64,000 nt of DNA, from NCBI GenBank assembly GCA_021613535.1, contig CP075494.1:1-64000 (forward strand), in the 5' to 3' direction. This document shows positions 25,693 through 37,800 of the stretch, piece after piece. Source of the stretch: Adineta vaga. Taxonomy: Eukaryota; Animalia; Rotifera. Position 1 is the first letter of the stretch. Every line of letters begins with the position of its first letter. Made by a program: the position numbers and the translations under genes. A model generated the notes under the pieces. The model was not told the origin of the DNA, searched no databases, and was given only the letters and a program-made list of their open reading frames with translations.

Positions 25693-27357
25693 CAGGTCGA
25701 TTACGTTATTTTTAATAGTTTTGTGTCGTTTGCTGTATTTATGCAATACATAAAAAAAAATTTATTCCAGCACAGATGAATAGAGCTTGAGCTCTTCTAT
25801 CAAAACATATATTCTGTTAATTAGTTTCTCATGCTCTAGTCCAAAAATTTGATAAATCTAAAACAAGTGCGGAAAATGTTTTTAAGGGTTGTCGTCACGA
25901 TTATTAATAGTATTATTTTCCATATATAAAAATAAAAAAACAATAATTACAATCGATGTTCGACATGAGAACCGCTAGCTTGATATATCATTAAGATTCT
26001 CCTTGGCCAGGAAGCTAATACTTTATCGATATACACCTGACTCATATTTTGCCACTCATACAAAAGCTTATTTTTAAGTTCATCAATAGAATCAATACGT
26101 GTTTTATTGAGTTGTTATTTCAAATGTCCCCAAATTGAATAATCCATTGGTGCAGCATCAGGACTAGCAGGCATCCATTCTTGTGGTGTTATATAATGAA
26201 TTTTGTTTCTTTGGCAGTATGACTTGGTGCCGAATCTTGATGGAAAAACCATTTCAGTTTTTGTCCTTTTGGAAATAAACGTTGAACATCTTTTGATAAA
26301 AATGGTTTTAAAACCTTGTTAATGTAATAATTTCAATTAACTTTGGTACCAGGTGTAACAAAACGAAGTATAAGTTTTCCTTGATTTGATACACCACCTC
26401 ATACCATAAAACCTTTTGGTCGACAAGTGTTTTGTTCAATAATCATTCGATCATAGTCGGGAGCAGTTTTTTTTTAAATAACATACTTTTCTTTTTCCAC
26501 TAGCTTCGTCTAAATAAAAACAAGCTGCGTCTGTTGTAATGAAGTTCTTATATCGACCACGTGCTAAGCGGCGATAAAGTTGAAATGATCGTTGTCCACG
26601 TTTCATAACATTTGATGATGTTAACTTTTGAACTTTTTGTTTCTTTCGAAGAGTAAATCCAGAATTTTTGATAATATTCGAGACAGTCGATTGGATAATG
26701 CCAAGGTCTTTAGCAATAGTACGTTGAGTTGGTGGGTCTTCAACATCAATCTTAATGACCTTCTTAATAATATTAGGTGTTTTCAACGGCTTTCTTCGAA
26801 AAATTTTAATTTTTGGTTTGGAATTTCTTTGACCACCGACCTTTTATTTGACATTTGACACAGTAGGTTGAGATACATGTATACCATCAAGCTTGAAAAT
26901 GTTCACACTACGAGACTGAGAATATCCTTGACGTAATAGTTGCAAAATACGCCCTTCGATAATGTCAGAAATTTTGTTACGTGGCATTTAGTTGAAACGA
27001 ATTTAAACGATTTGAACTAACGAGAAAGTCTAACTGTCATGGAGAGGAAAGAAAAAAAATCGTTCAATATATGATGCGCACGTGCGATCGGAAATTCTAT
27101 TAAGCATAAGACAAGGAGTCTATGTATGAAAAATAAAACTATTAATACTCGTGACAACAGCCTTCAAAAATGTTTCTTAGTACTTGTTTTAGATTCATCA
27201 TATTTTTAGGCTAGAGCATGAGAAACTAATTAACAGAATATATGTTTTGATAGAAGAGCTCAAGCTCTATTCATCTGTGCTGGAATAAATTTTTTTTTAT
27301 GTATTGCATAAATACAGCAAACGACACAAAACTATTAAAAATAACGTAATCGACCTG
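25693..27357 (-). mobile_element. Tc1/mariner-superfamily transposon with long TIRs and a disrupted transposase
   Basis: TA flanks both ends; TIRs are ~230 bp (caggtcgattacg.../...cgtaatcgacctg). The transposase (~26987-25947) has an HTH region, FITTDA, HQDSAPSH and WMPASPDAAPMD, but carries stops and frameshifts. Confidence 0.92.
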
Positions 27358-27399
27358 TATATGAAGTATATAATCAAACCTCTACTGATTTTCTTTCAC

Positions 27400-28345
27400 T
27401 TGAACATATGTTCTTCGATACGACAGAACGAAAAAATCTCTTTCTGTCTTCAGTCTGAAGACAGTGGTATCCAAGAAGTTAATATGCTATAAAAGCGATT
27501 TACTCAAAATAATATTCAATTATTTTGTAATGATGAAAAATTTATTGTTCATGTAGCAAATAATTCAACAGATGATATAACTGATTGTTTATAGTAAATG
27601 GAAATTTTTTGGTTGTGATGATATTGATGTCGAACGATTGAAAGCCGAAGCTCTTATGGTTTTGATTTTTGTCAATCAGTAATTAAAACAGACCAGATGA
27701 ACATAAAACAAATCACAAAAATTTCAATAATTTGTGAAACTTTAAATACATGTCAAATACGTAAACAAATATTGAAAGAATGTCATAAGTTATTATTCCT
27801 AGTAGTACCGTCTTCTGTTTTACGATATATGTGATCCCAAATGAGGTCGACAAAGAAATTTTTATATGGTGGATTATCCCCTCGAGAAATTATTCCTCTA
27901 ATCTGAAAATTGATGTTAATTCCTTCTCTGAATATCCATCCATCGCCATCGCTTTGGACTCCTTCTTCGCATGGTTCACATACATCCTATACTCGCTCAC
28001 ACTCCGAACTCTATAGTCTAACTCGTCCCAAACTTGTTCTGAAAACTAACAGAATAATTCAAAATTTCATCACACTATAAAAATTACTATTAGAGTGGTT
28101 AAAAATGGCCCAGTTGGTACTACTAGGGTTTAAATTATATCTAACCATTCCGGTTACCATGGCCTTGATGGAACATACATTCGGCGCATTAAATAGAATA
28201 AAAAATGTATTTCGTTCTTCGACGAATCAGCCACGTCTCAACCATTGTTTATTATCACATTTTTACAAAGAAAAACTTGATGAAATTGATCCAAATCAGA
28301 TCATGTCCGAATTTATATCATCAAACGAAAAATGACAAACTTTTT
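27400..28345 (+). mobile_element. hAT transposase C-terminal (dimerisation domain) remnant
   Basis: CHKLL|KLYLTIPVT...EHTFGALNRIKNVFRSSTNQPRLNHCLL matches the hAT dimerisation-domain pattern. It is interrupted by an insertion at 27797-28128. Confidence 0.75.
27797..28128. mobile_element. piggyBac-like MITE inserted in the hAT remnant
   Basis: TIR cctagtagtacc...ggtactactaggg with TTAA-like flanks. Removing it approximately rejoins the hAT peptide. Confidence 0.6.
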
Positions 28346-29260
28346 TGGTTCAATACTCTAGTGTGAAATCAATTATCTTCATATTTTTTCGAAAATCTTG
28401 TCTATGTGTAGAGGGTTAGAAGTATTGTAAGTGAAGGATGAAATGAATGAACTGATTAGCTTTTTGATAGCAAAACATAATAATAAAACAGTCTAAAAGC
28501 GATTTATCGTCTATAATCACTGATATTGTCTCATGCTAATATGTGAAAAGCTACCTTTGAGTGTCATTTGATTTCAGCACGTTCCACCATTCCTGGCATT
28601 GAAGTGATAATGAATAGTATACTTTCCTATACTGAAGGCAAAGAGATATGTTTCAGCTAGTTTTTAGTCTCTTGTCTAACTTTTGAGACGGAAATATGAA
28701 TATACAGATCATTGGAAAATTAATTTATATATGAATCTGTATCTGAATATCGAATGCGTTACTTTAATATCGAAACAGACAATAAAAAGTTAGATTTAAT
28801 GATTTAGCCTTTGTACTACAAAAGTAAGATTTTACTGTGAAACACCAAAGGTTTTGATGTTTCTATGGAAATACGATATTGCTACATATTAACGACATTT
28901 TATACACGGATTCTTGTAATCATAAACTGTACGGTATATCAAGAAAAATAGCGTGTACTAAGTTTACGAATACGAAATTGTAACGAACTCTCTTCTAAAT
29001 GACCGCCTTGCTAATGTTAACGCTTTTCCTTGATGTTTACATTGAAGAGATTTTATTGTAAATAGCTGATTTATAAATAATTCCGTTAATTTATTCAATT
29101 TGAAAATGAAAGTATACAGATAAAATATAATTAAAAATATATATCTGTCGTAGTAAATTGTTCTATATGGAGTATTTAACTTTGAAGGCCAATAATTTCA
29201 GAGATATTTGAAACGGTCTCAAGTACAGTGATAGAAATTGAGGACTTAGCAATGAGAGAA

Positions 29261-29813
29261 ACTGTCTGATGTGTCCAACATTGATTCCCTTACTGTACAT
29301 ATCGTCTGATAGATGGTATCCCGATAGTACACATCCTCAAAGGTTTTAAACTGACTGGTTTTCCGAAAAGGTCGTGAATATTTTTCTAACTTTTAGGTCT
29401 ATGTCTAAATGTTTCATATCAAAATCAATCGATAGTTTTAACCTCAAACTTAACTCGTAAAAAGTACTTATGAGCCCCTTAGAATATTCCAAGAATTTAC
29501 TTCGAAAAAGAATTATCCTTTTTTAGGATGAGAAATTTAAAAAAACAGACGCTCCCCACATATAAAGCCACGAAAAGTGTGGTCAATTGGAAATCCTCCA
29601 TCTTGAGAATGTAAATTTTCGGAATATTTTCATGCTCATGAGCGCTATTTATGAGTTAAATTTGAGGTTAAAACTCTATCGATTGATTTTGATGCGAAAC
29701 ATTTATATATATAGACCTAAAGGTTAGTATAATACCCAATACCTTATTTTGCCGATGCCCACTATCAAACGATATATGGATTAACAAAATCGTTGTTGAA
29801 CACATCAGTTAGT
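29261..29813. mobile_element. Degenerate foldback element
   Basis: ~29385-29476 is inverted relative to ~29634-29727, with weaker outer inverted matches (ctgatgtgtccaaca / tgttgaacacatcag). Confidence 0.6.
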
Positions 29814-30550
29814 TGCCTGGCCAGGACGAGAAAGAGTACATAATAAAAATCTATTCTCCATATAATGCGAATCAGAAAAAGTCTAGAGAATTTATAAACT
29901 TTACAGCATTTTTGCAATATATATATAATACGTTGCGCCTGAAAAAGTGAATTTTTTCAGTCAATTCTGATTACCTTAATGTTTTTATATGAGATATCCG
30001 TTGGAAATCGTCAGAAGCAAACAAAAGTTATCAAATTTTTCGAAATATACAAGAAGAGAACGAGCAAAACATCGACTAAAGTTTTCAAATGAAGCCAATA
30101 TCAATTTGTTGAGTAAAATTAGATTGCTATTAAACCATGACTTAGTGCTACCTTTTAATGAGAAGTTTATTTACATAATACTTTAACTTATGTGTAAGTC
30201 ATAGACCAAAAGTTCTTCCTGATGACTACTGTTTTGACGAATGTAGAAGTTTAGTGACTTAAAAAATACTGATTTATAGAAACTTTAGCACATGATCTAA
30301 AATTACTTGGATTATTCGAGTCAATCTGAAGTTCTGTAAGGCTAACTGTATTTATAGATACATGTCTACTAAAATTATTTCGCTTACTACTAATTGCGAA
30401 AAGTAAATCTAATGTATAACACCGTAAAATTTTTCTGCAATTATTTTTATTAAAAACCAACTACACTATTTAGTTTGGTCTCTTGGCTGCTCAAAGCTGG
30501 TAATATAAATATACTTGACTTGTGATAGCACTAAGACAGCATATACTTGA

Positions 30551-32215
30551 TTAAAATGACTCATTTGCAGAATTGTTTTTGAAGGAAAAACCTTCATAAC
30601 CATTGCTCTTGATTTCCTCACATTTCTTCCAGTATTCAGGACAACCACCTACATAAGGCATAAAAATTCGTGGTTTTCCAATGATATTTGCCCCAGTATA
30701 CCAGGAATTGCCAGTAGGATACAGAGTTGTATTGGCAACGTCATTAACATGTTTAAACCAACTATCTTCTGCTTCGATTGTAGGCTCAATACTGCCGAAG
30801 TTATGTGTTCGCATATATTCCAGGCATTCTGTGACCCATTTAACATGCTCCTCGATCGAGGTGGCCATGTTGCTTATTTCAGAAGGACTACCAGGGCCGG
30901 TAATGATAAATAGATTAGGAAAATCAGCGACCATAATGCCAAGATAAGTGCGCGGTTCATTCGCCCATTTTTCTCGAAGTGTCTTGCTTTCAGAACCACG
31001 AATATCAATATTAAGCAATGCTCCAGTAATTGCATCAAATCCAATAGCAAGAATGATATCATCTACTTCATAAGTTTTATCTTTAGTTTTAATTCCTAGA
31101 GGTATTATTTCATCAATAGGACCGTTGTAAATATCAACAAGTGTAACATTTTCGCGATTATACGTCTCATAATACGTAGTGTCACAACAAACACGTTTGG
31201 TACCTAAAAAATAATTTTGTGGCAGCAAAGTCTTAGCAACGGTAGGATCTTTGACAATTTCACGAATCTTGGCACAGACAAATTCTGAAGCTGTCTTGTT
31301 TGCTTCCTTACTTTTAAGCAAATCATTAAAATGAAAAAGAAATACAATTCCTCCTTGTTGCCATGCTATCTCATATTTCTGTTGCAACTCTTCTGATGGT
31401 AGACTTAGCGCAGAATATGCTTTAATATCGTTCCAAACGCCACAGCGCATCTGTCGCATTTCACGTCGACGTTGAGCATAATTAGTTTTCCATTCTTTTT
31501 CGTATTCCTTTGTCATAGGTTCATTATTTAGTGGTATACTAAAATTTGCCGTTCGTTGAAATACATAAAGATGAGCAGCCTCTTCAGCGACGACCGGAAT
31601 GCATTGTATAGCTGATGACCCCGTGCCAATGACGGCCACACGATGACCAGAGAAGTTAATATTCTCATGTGGCCATTGACTGACACTATAACACTTGCCC
31701 TTGAAACGGTCCAACCCTTTGATATCAGGAGTTTTTGGAATCGAGAGACAGCCTGTTGCCATAACGCAGAATTTAGCTGAAATTTGATCACCACGGTTCG
31801 TTCGAACTGTCCATTTTGTGGAAGATTCATCAAAGATTGCGCTCATTACACGAGTGTCTAACTGAATGTCTTTCCACAGATCCAATTTATCAGTTACGTA
31901 ATTGAGATAACGCAAGATTTCTGATTGAGATGCATAACGTTCTGACCATTGCCATTCCTGTTGTAGCTCTTCATTGAATGAATACGAATATTGCATACTC
32001 TCAACATCAGATCGTGCTCCGGGATAACGGTTCCAGTACCATGTCCCACCGACTCCACCACCGACCTCAAATACCTTCGCCGAATATCCTCGCTCTCGTA
32101 CTTGATGCAACATGTATAAACCAGCGAATCCAGCTCCAACAATAACAACATCGACTGTACTAATAATATTTCCGTTAGCATCATCTGTGTTCTGTGAATC
32201 TATCTTGGTAGTCAT
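30551..32215 (-). CDS. Type I Baeyer-Villiger monooxygenase (cyclohexanone/phenylacetone monooxygenase-like), intronless
   Basis: 554-aa ORF with Rossmann motifs GAGFAG and GTGSSA, GGTWYWNRYPGARSD, ATGCLS, GTKR, and a variant fingerprint FKGKCYSVSQWP. Confidence 0.93.
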   Translation of the reverse strand: MTTKIDSQNTDDANGNIISTVDVVIVGAGFAGLYMLHQVRERGYSAKVFEVGGGVGGTWYWNRYPGARSDVESMQYSYSFNEELQQEWQWSERYASQSEILRYLNYVTDKLDLWKDIQLDTRVMSAIFDESSTKWTVRTNRGDQISAKFCVMATGCLSIPKTPDIKGLDRFKGKCYSVSQWPHENINFSGHRVAVIGTGSSAIQCIPVVAEEAAHLYVFQRTANFSIPLNNEPMTKEYEKEWKTNYAQRRREMRQMRCGVWNDIKAYSALSLPSEELQQKYEIAWQQGGIVFLFHFNDLLKSKEANKTASEFVCAKIREIVKDPTVAKTLLPQNYFLGTKRVCCDTTYYETYNRENVTLVDIYNGPIDEIIPLGIKTKDKTYEVDDIILAIGFDAITGALLNIDIRGSESKTLREKWANEPRTYLGIMVADFPNLFIITGPGSPSEISNMATSIEEHVKWVTECLEYMRTHNFGSIEPTIEAEDSWFKHVNDVANTTLYPTGNSWYTGANIIGKPRIFMPYVGGCPEYWKKCEEIKSNGYEGFSFKNNSANESF

Positions 32216-33917
32216 GCAAATCTGTTATATTCAATACAATGAAGAAAATGCTGTGACAAAAGTCTATTATGACGATATTTTATAGAATTATACTATATTT
32301 CTCTATATCAATAACTGTATCATTTCCATATAAAGCATATACTTACACCCTCACTTTATGGACAGAACGAAAGAATATGTAAATTGCTAAGCGTTTATAG
32401 TTCGCAATATAACTGTCAGTACAGACCGAAAACTGTGTCTACAGCTTATTTTATTCTTGACTGTGAACAATATGCTATAAACAATTCTATATAAACGAGA
32501 GAAAACCGTATAATTATAATATTGAATAAGTATTTTCATGGTCTATTCTATCAAAAGAGGGATAAAAACAAGTAAAATGGACGATTATATATAAACAATT
32601 AAAACGAGGGGTCGACAAAGTTCAGCTCTAGTTCAGAACAGTTCAACTTTTCAAAAAGCTCCACTTACTGAGCTAAACTTATTGATCAATTCGAATAGTC
32701 TGAACTCTACGATCAACTCCTTTTAATAAACACTAAAAGATTTATTCCTCTCCTACCGTTCAGAGGTATCCTTGTGCCTTCAACTGTTGTACTAATCAAG
32801 TATATCAAGATCTAAGGGGCACTCCAATGGAATGATAGTGATATAACTCCCTGTGGTAATATCACTAAAGTGTCACCCAACGTATGTGTACATACCAGGT
32901 ATACCAAAAGTTTTGCGACATGTCATAAAAATCATTTTATTTCAAAAGAGAACAAAGTAATAGAATAACAAGAAGTTCGCTTCAGAGCTACAATAGAGTA
33001 TTACAATAATCAACTATGTTCAGAAAAAATCAGCTCACCACCGTGTTGTATAACTGAACGCATCCGAAGAGGAAAAGCATCAACGACGTCCCGAACATAA
33101 TTGAGATTAACTTTTTTGATCAGTGCTGCCACCTCTTCTGCTTTTCTTGATATAAGATCGTTCGTGTTTTTCATCGATAGTTCCTCTGAATGATCATTTT
33201 TTCGAATTCAAAAAACAAATTTTTACCATTAACGGCTCATATTACTATTTTATCCTAGTTCGATTTCAATTATATAACTTCTGTTCTCGAGTGACTAGCT
33301 GCTTTTCTTGATCTTGTTTAATCCTTGTAATTCAAAAGGTTTCTTCCGTTCAATCACCCGTGTCTGAACCCAATACGATTCTTAAGACATGAAAATCAAG
33401 AAAAAAGTTCTTACTATTAGAAGAATCAGAAGTGATAACTCGGTTGAACATAATATGATATTCGTCTTGTAAAACAACGAAACGAAAAGAATATCTTTCG
33501 CGTTCTTTGTGTCATATATATCTAAGATGACGTCAGGGATTGAAAGGGTTGATAAAGATTGAATTGAATGTGCAAATTTTAATTGTAGTGTTGAATCTCA
33601 ACTTTATAGTTGATATATGTAAGAAACAAGATTTTTGCTTTTATTGTTGAAATTTTTGTCATTTTCTACTTATTGTACTTCAGAACGTCGCAGCACTGAT
33701 AACAATTATTGAATTTGTTACTGACGTTTTCTTTTCTAATTAGTGATTACCTTCTTTTATCAGTGAATAAAGCAAGTTTTTATGTTTGTCTGATATTATT
33801 TCATTTTATTTCATCTGATTCCGGATTTTTGAAAGTATTTTAAACTATTTTTACGTAATTTTAAAGTGCTTTGTTGTATTTTAAACTACTTTTCTGCTTC
33901 AAGTCTGCTTTTCACTA

Positions 33918-34183
33918 GAGATAAACTGTATTCTTCATGCCAGAAACCCGAAAATACTGCAAAAAAACTAGAATCTAAAAAGAAACAGATATTTTTAATG
34001 GAAATTTAAAAAGTAGTGATCTAGAATCATTTTTGTATGCTCAATCAGGAGCAAAAGCTTTCCAACCTATATCAAGATTTTTACAAAGCCCTTCAACAAA
34101 TTTTCTGTGAGAAACCTGGTTTTTCAAAATTCTAGGTTTTTGGAATATGTTCGAATTTTTGGCATGGAGAATACATTTTATCT
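33918..34183. mobile_element. Small degenerate palindromic element in the BVMO-NRPS intergenic region
   Basis: agataaactgtattcttcatgcca ... tggcatggagaatacattttatct form inverted ends. Confidence 0.5.
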
Positions 34184-34824
34184 TCATTTACTATAAATCT
34201 TCGGATTCAGCGCATTAAACTGCGTTGAATCATCTAAAAAAAAGTTTGCTCGAATTTTGCGTTGCGTATACCTTATGATCATTGATGGGCATATTCGATG
34301 ACGATTAAGAAAAGCCTACACTAAAACGTCGCTTATCGAAAAAATATAGGAGATACAGATAGGAATATGCGTAAAATATTTGCGCCTGTACTCCCTATAT
34401 GCCTTGCCGCGCACATCAAAGATTGACAATTTCGTCTATACCCTTCTCCAAACAGGATCTACAGAATTTATTCCTCTCGCACTTATTTCTGCTGTAGGAT
34501 TTGTTCTCAGAGCCACGCTCTAATCCTCATCAATACCCTGAAGATGGATTTGCCATTTTTGTTGAGATTTTTTGTATAGGACGATACGTATGTTTGATGG
34601 TTCCAGTAAGTTTGCAAAATATTAGCCTCTAATCGAAATGAGTTCCTTACCAGTGCAGCAAAAAAGTCAAGTCAAAAGTTTTCTCATTTATCTATTTTCT
34701 AGATCTTTCTGCGTTTATATTGTTCACATTAATTTGTTTCTAATAAATTTAAAGTTTTCATTAGTTACTATTTAAAAATCATTTCATCGCCCATCTTCAA
34801 AATGATAATTGTAGTTTATGTAAG

Positions 34825-37800
34825 ATGGAAGAAGCGAAGTCATTAACATTCTTGGAACCTCCTCTTGTCATGACCAATGAGCAATTGCATGACTCTCCAT
34901 CGTTTGATCAACAACGAACTTGGTTCAATGAACAAGATTATCTGGATTGTTGGCTATCAACAACTCATTGCAATATGATATTACCTTTAATAATCAAACA
35001 TCGCACAATGTCTATCGGGCGCATTCATTCATCCTTTAAAACTATTATCAGACAACATAATATTTTTCGAGGAACTATTCAATTCAATGAAGATAAAAGT
35101 CAGCTTGAACAAATAGTTCAGCCTATTACAGATGAAAGCAAATATTTATTTGAAGTGACATCCATTAATAAGTCTCAAAAGGATATCGATACTCTGCTTA
35201 AAGCTGAATTAACCATAAAATTTTCAGAGATTGATAACAGTTTGGTAGTTCGATGTCATCTCATCACAATGCATTTAGATGATACGGAATATTTACAACC
35301 AGGTGATCTGATCATCTTTACCTTTCATCGAATAGTATTTCATTACATGTCTTTTGATCCTTTTCTGAATTCATTCTTGCAGGCCTATAGTGATGAAGAA
35401 TCTTGTGAAACAACAAAGCGTTCTTTTGATTACGTTTTGCAAGAACATGAGCAGATAGACAATTCAAATTCAAAAATAAATCACACAGAACGCTTTTGGT
35501 CAACATTGCTAGAAAGTTATAATTGGAATCAAGCTTGTTTAGATTCCAGTCGTTTTTCAATATTGACAAAGGCATACTCGATCCACAGCAATTCGATTGC
35601 TTTTATTTTGGAAACGAGTATACTTAATGCAATGATACAATTTGCTTCGTTCTACAAGATTTCCATGTTTGAACTGTGTTTAGCATGCTATTTTACTTTC
35701 CTGCATAAACTTACCAATCAACAAAACGATAATTTGATTGTAATCAGTCCAGTAGATAATCAATCTTTCCACAATAGAAAATCAACGATTGACACATTCA
35801 TCAATCTCACACCGTATCAAATCAAAATTGAATCGGAAAATAATTTTGTTCATTTGATGCAGCAAATTCATACTTTAAATATCGATGTATATCAACAGAC
35901 TCAGTTGTCATATAACGACATTGTCAAGAATGGCTCGTCGATTTCGAAAATTCCTTTTTATTTTCAATATAAAACAAACACATCATCGCTTAAACATGAG
36001 TTTATTATTAAAAGAAATACAAAACAAACACTACTGGCTTACTATGTTTATCCAAATTATTCCCACACAAACGATGTGACCCAGAGCGATCTTTCGTTAA
36101 TCATGACTCCTGATTATCAACAACAAACAATAAACTGTATATTAACATGTTCATCCGCTTTGTATGATGAGAAGAAACTGTTTATGATGGTTCACAATTT
36201 TCAACATCTTTTGAAAGAACTATTTTATTCTCACCAAGAAGCCAATAAGTTTAGTCAAGGCTTTCAACCAATTCGAAAGCTAACGTTATTCTCTGACAAT
36301 CAAATTAATGGAATACAAGACACAACTTTCCATCGCCTACCGGAGATCATCGATCAAGGTATGTCCTTAAATGATTATGACGCCAATTACTTTTGTCATT
36401 TTAAAAATACACATGGTCAAAATCATGCGCTAGCGATATGACATTAAACACTTTGAATAAGTGTGTCTTCGTAAAACAAATTCATCTGGAGTTGAGTTGT
36501 TCTATATAACTTGCAAAATCGATACTAGAAAAACTGGCGTTTGCGACGTAACTCAAAAGAAGATATCGCTGCGGTAAAATTCTGTGAAATTGCACAGAAT
36601 ATACCTTAGTTGTTTAGTAGGTTTTCTGATTACGGCCGTTTTCTCAATATATCATACTTATCTCGGGTGAGCGACGTGACAGTATACGAATAAAAGGCAT
36701 TATCCGTGTGAAACTGCTAATTTACTATAGTCTTAGTCTTCTAATTATCAAACAAATATTCGTTCAAAATTGATATAAGAAAAATCTTGAATTTTATTAT
36801 TGAGATTTTAGTACAGGTTCAATGTTGTGTAAACTTAATAAAAAATATTGTTTCAGCAGAAACACAATATATTCTGAATGTTACCGAAAAGAAAACAGCG
36901 AATTAAGTCACATTCTGTTGTTCAGCAATACGCCGTTGCACTTTAGTATTATGTTCATATTAGATCCTATATAACAATGCCATGTATCTTACAAATTGAA
37001 GATGTTGGAGAAGCTTACGAAAATACGAGAGTTGCTAAGTTACTGTCAGATCAAATAGTTGAGAAAAAATCTGTCATCAAATTTTACGAGAATCCACATC
37101 GTGATAAGACTATGAACTAAAAGATACACAAACTTATTCAATATTAACCACTCATCCACACTTCTTTTGAAAAATATGAGGTATACAATATACTTCCCCT
37201 AAACGTTATATCTTTCCGCGTCACTTCAAATATTGTTATTTTTTGTAGCACCCGTTTCCTATGCTCAATCTCGCATTTGGCAAGATGAACAAGTGCGATT
37301 TATGCGAACAAAAGAAGTAGTAGCCATTCACAATATGCCCTTTCTATATTCTATACCATCGGATAACACCATTTCAATCACAAAACTTCGGAAAGCTTTA
37401 GAGCATGTAGTGATGAAACACCCGTCACTTCGGACATCAATCATCTTCGACATCGAGAAAAATGAATTAATACAAAAAATTATGACGCCAAACGGTAAAG
37501 AAAATTTGTTCATATTTGTTGAAAGTAACTTCAAAACAGAAAAAGAACTTAGTACTATTATCAATGATGAGTACAAAAATCCTAATCATTTCAATCTCGC
37601 TAGTGGTTGTGTATTTCGATGTCACATTGCTCGTCAGCATCCGATCTTTTCAGATGACCTACTTTCCAAAGATGATATAGTAATTTTTAATTTTCATCAT
37701 GCCATCTTCGATTTTTATTCCATGGATATATTCAATTTTGATCTAAATCTTGCTATCTATGGTAATCTAACGACATACGATGAACATACAAACCTGCGTT

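Noticed and set aside
32930-33552. Possible piggyBac end (gaaagggttga) and relic in the BVMO-NRPS intergenic region
   Set aside because: No matching second TIR or transposase motif could be established.
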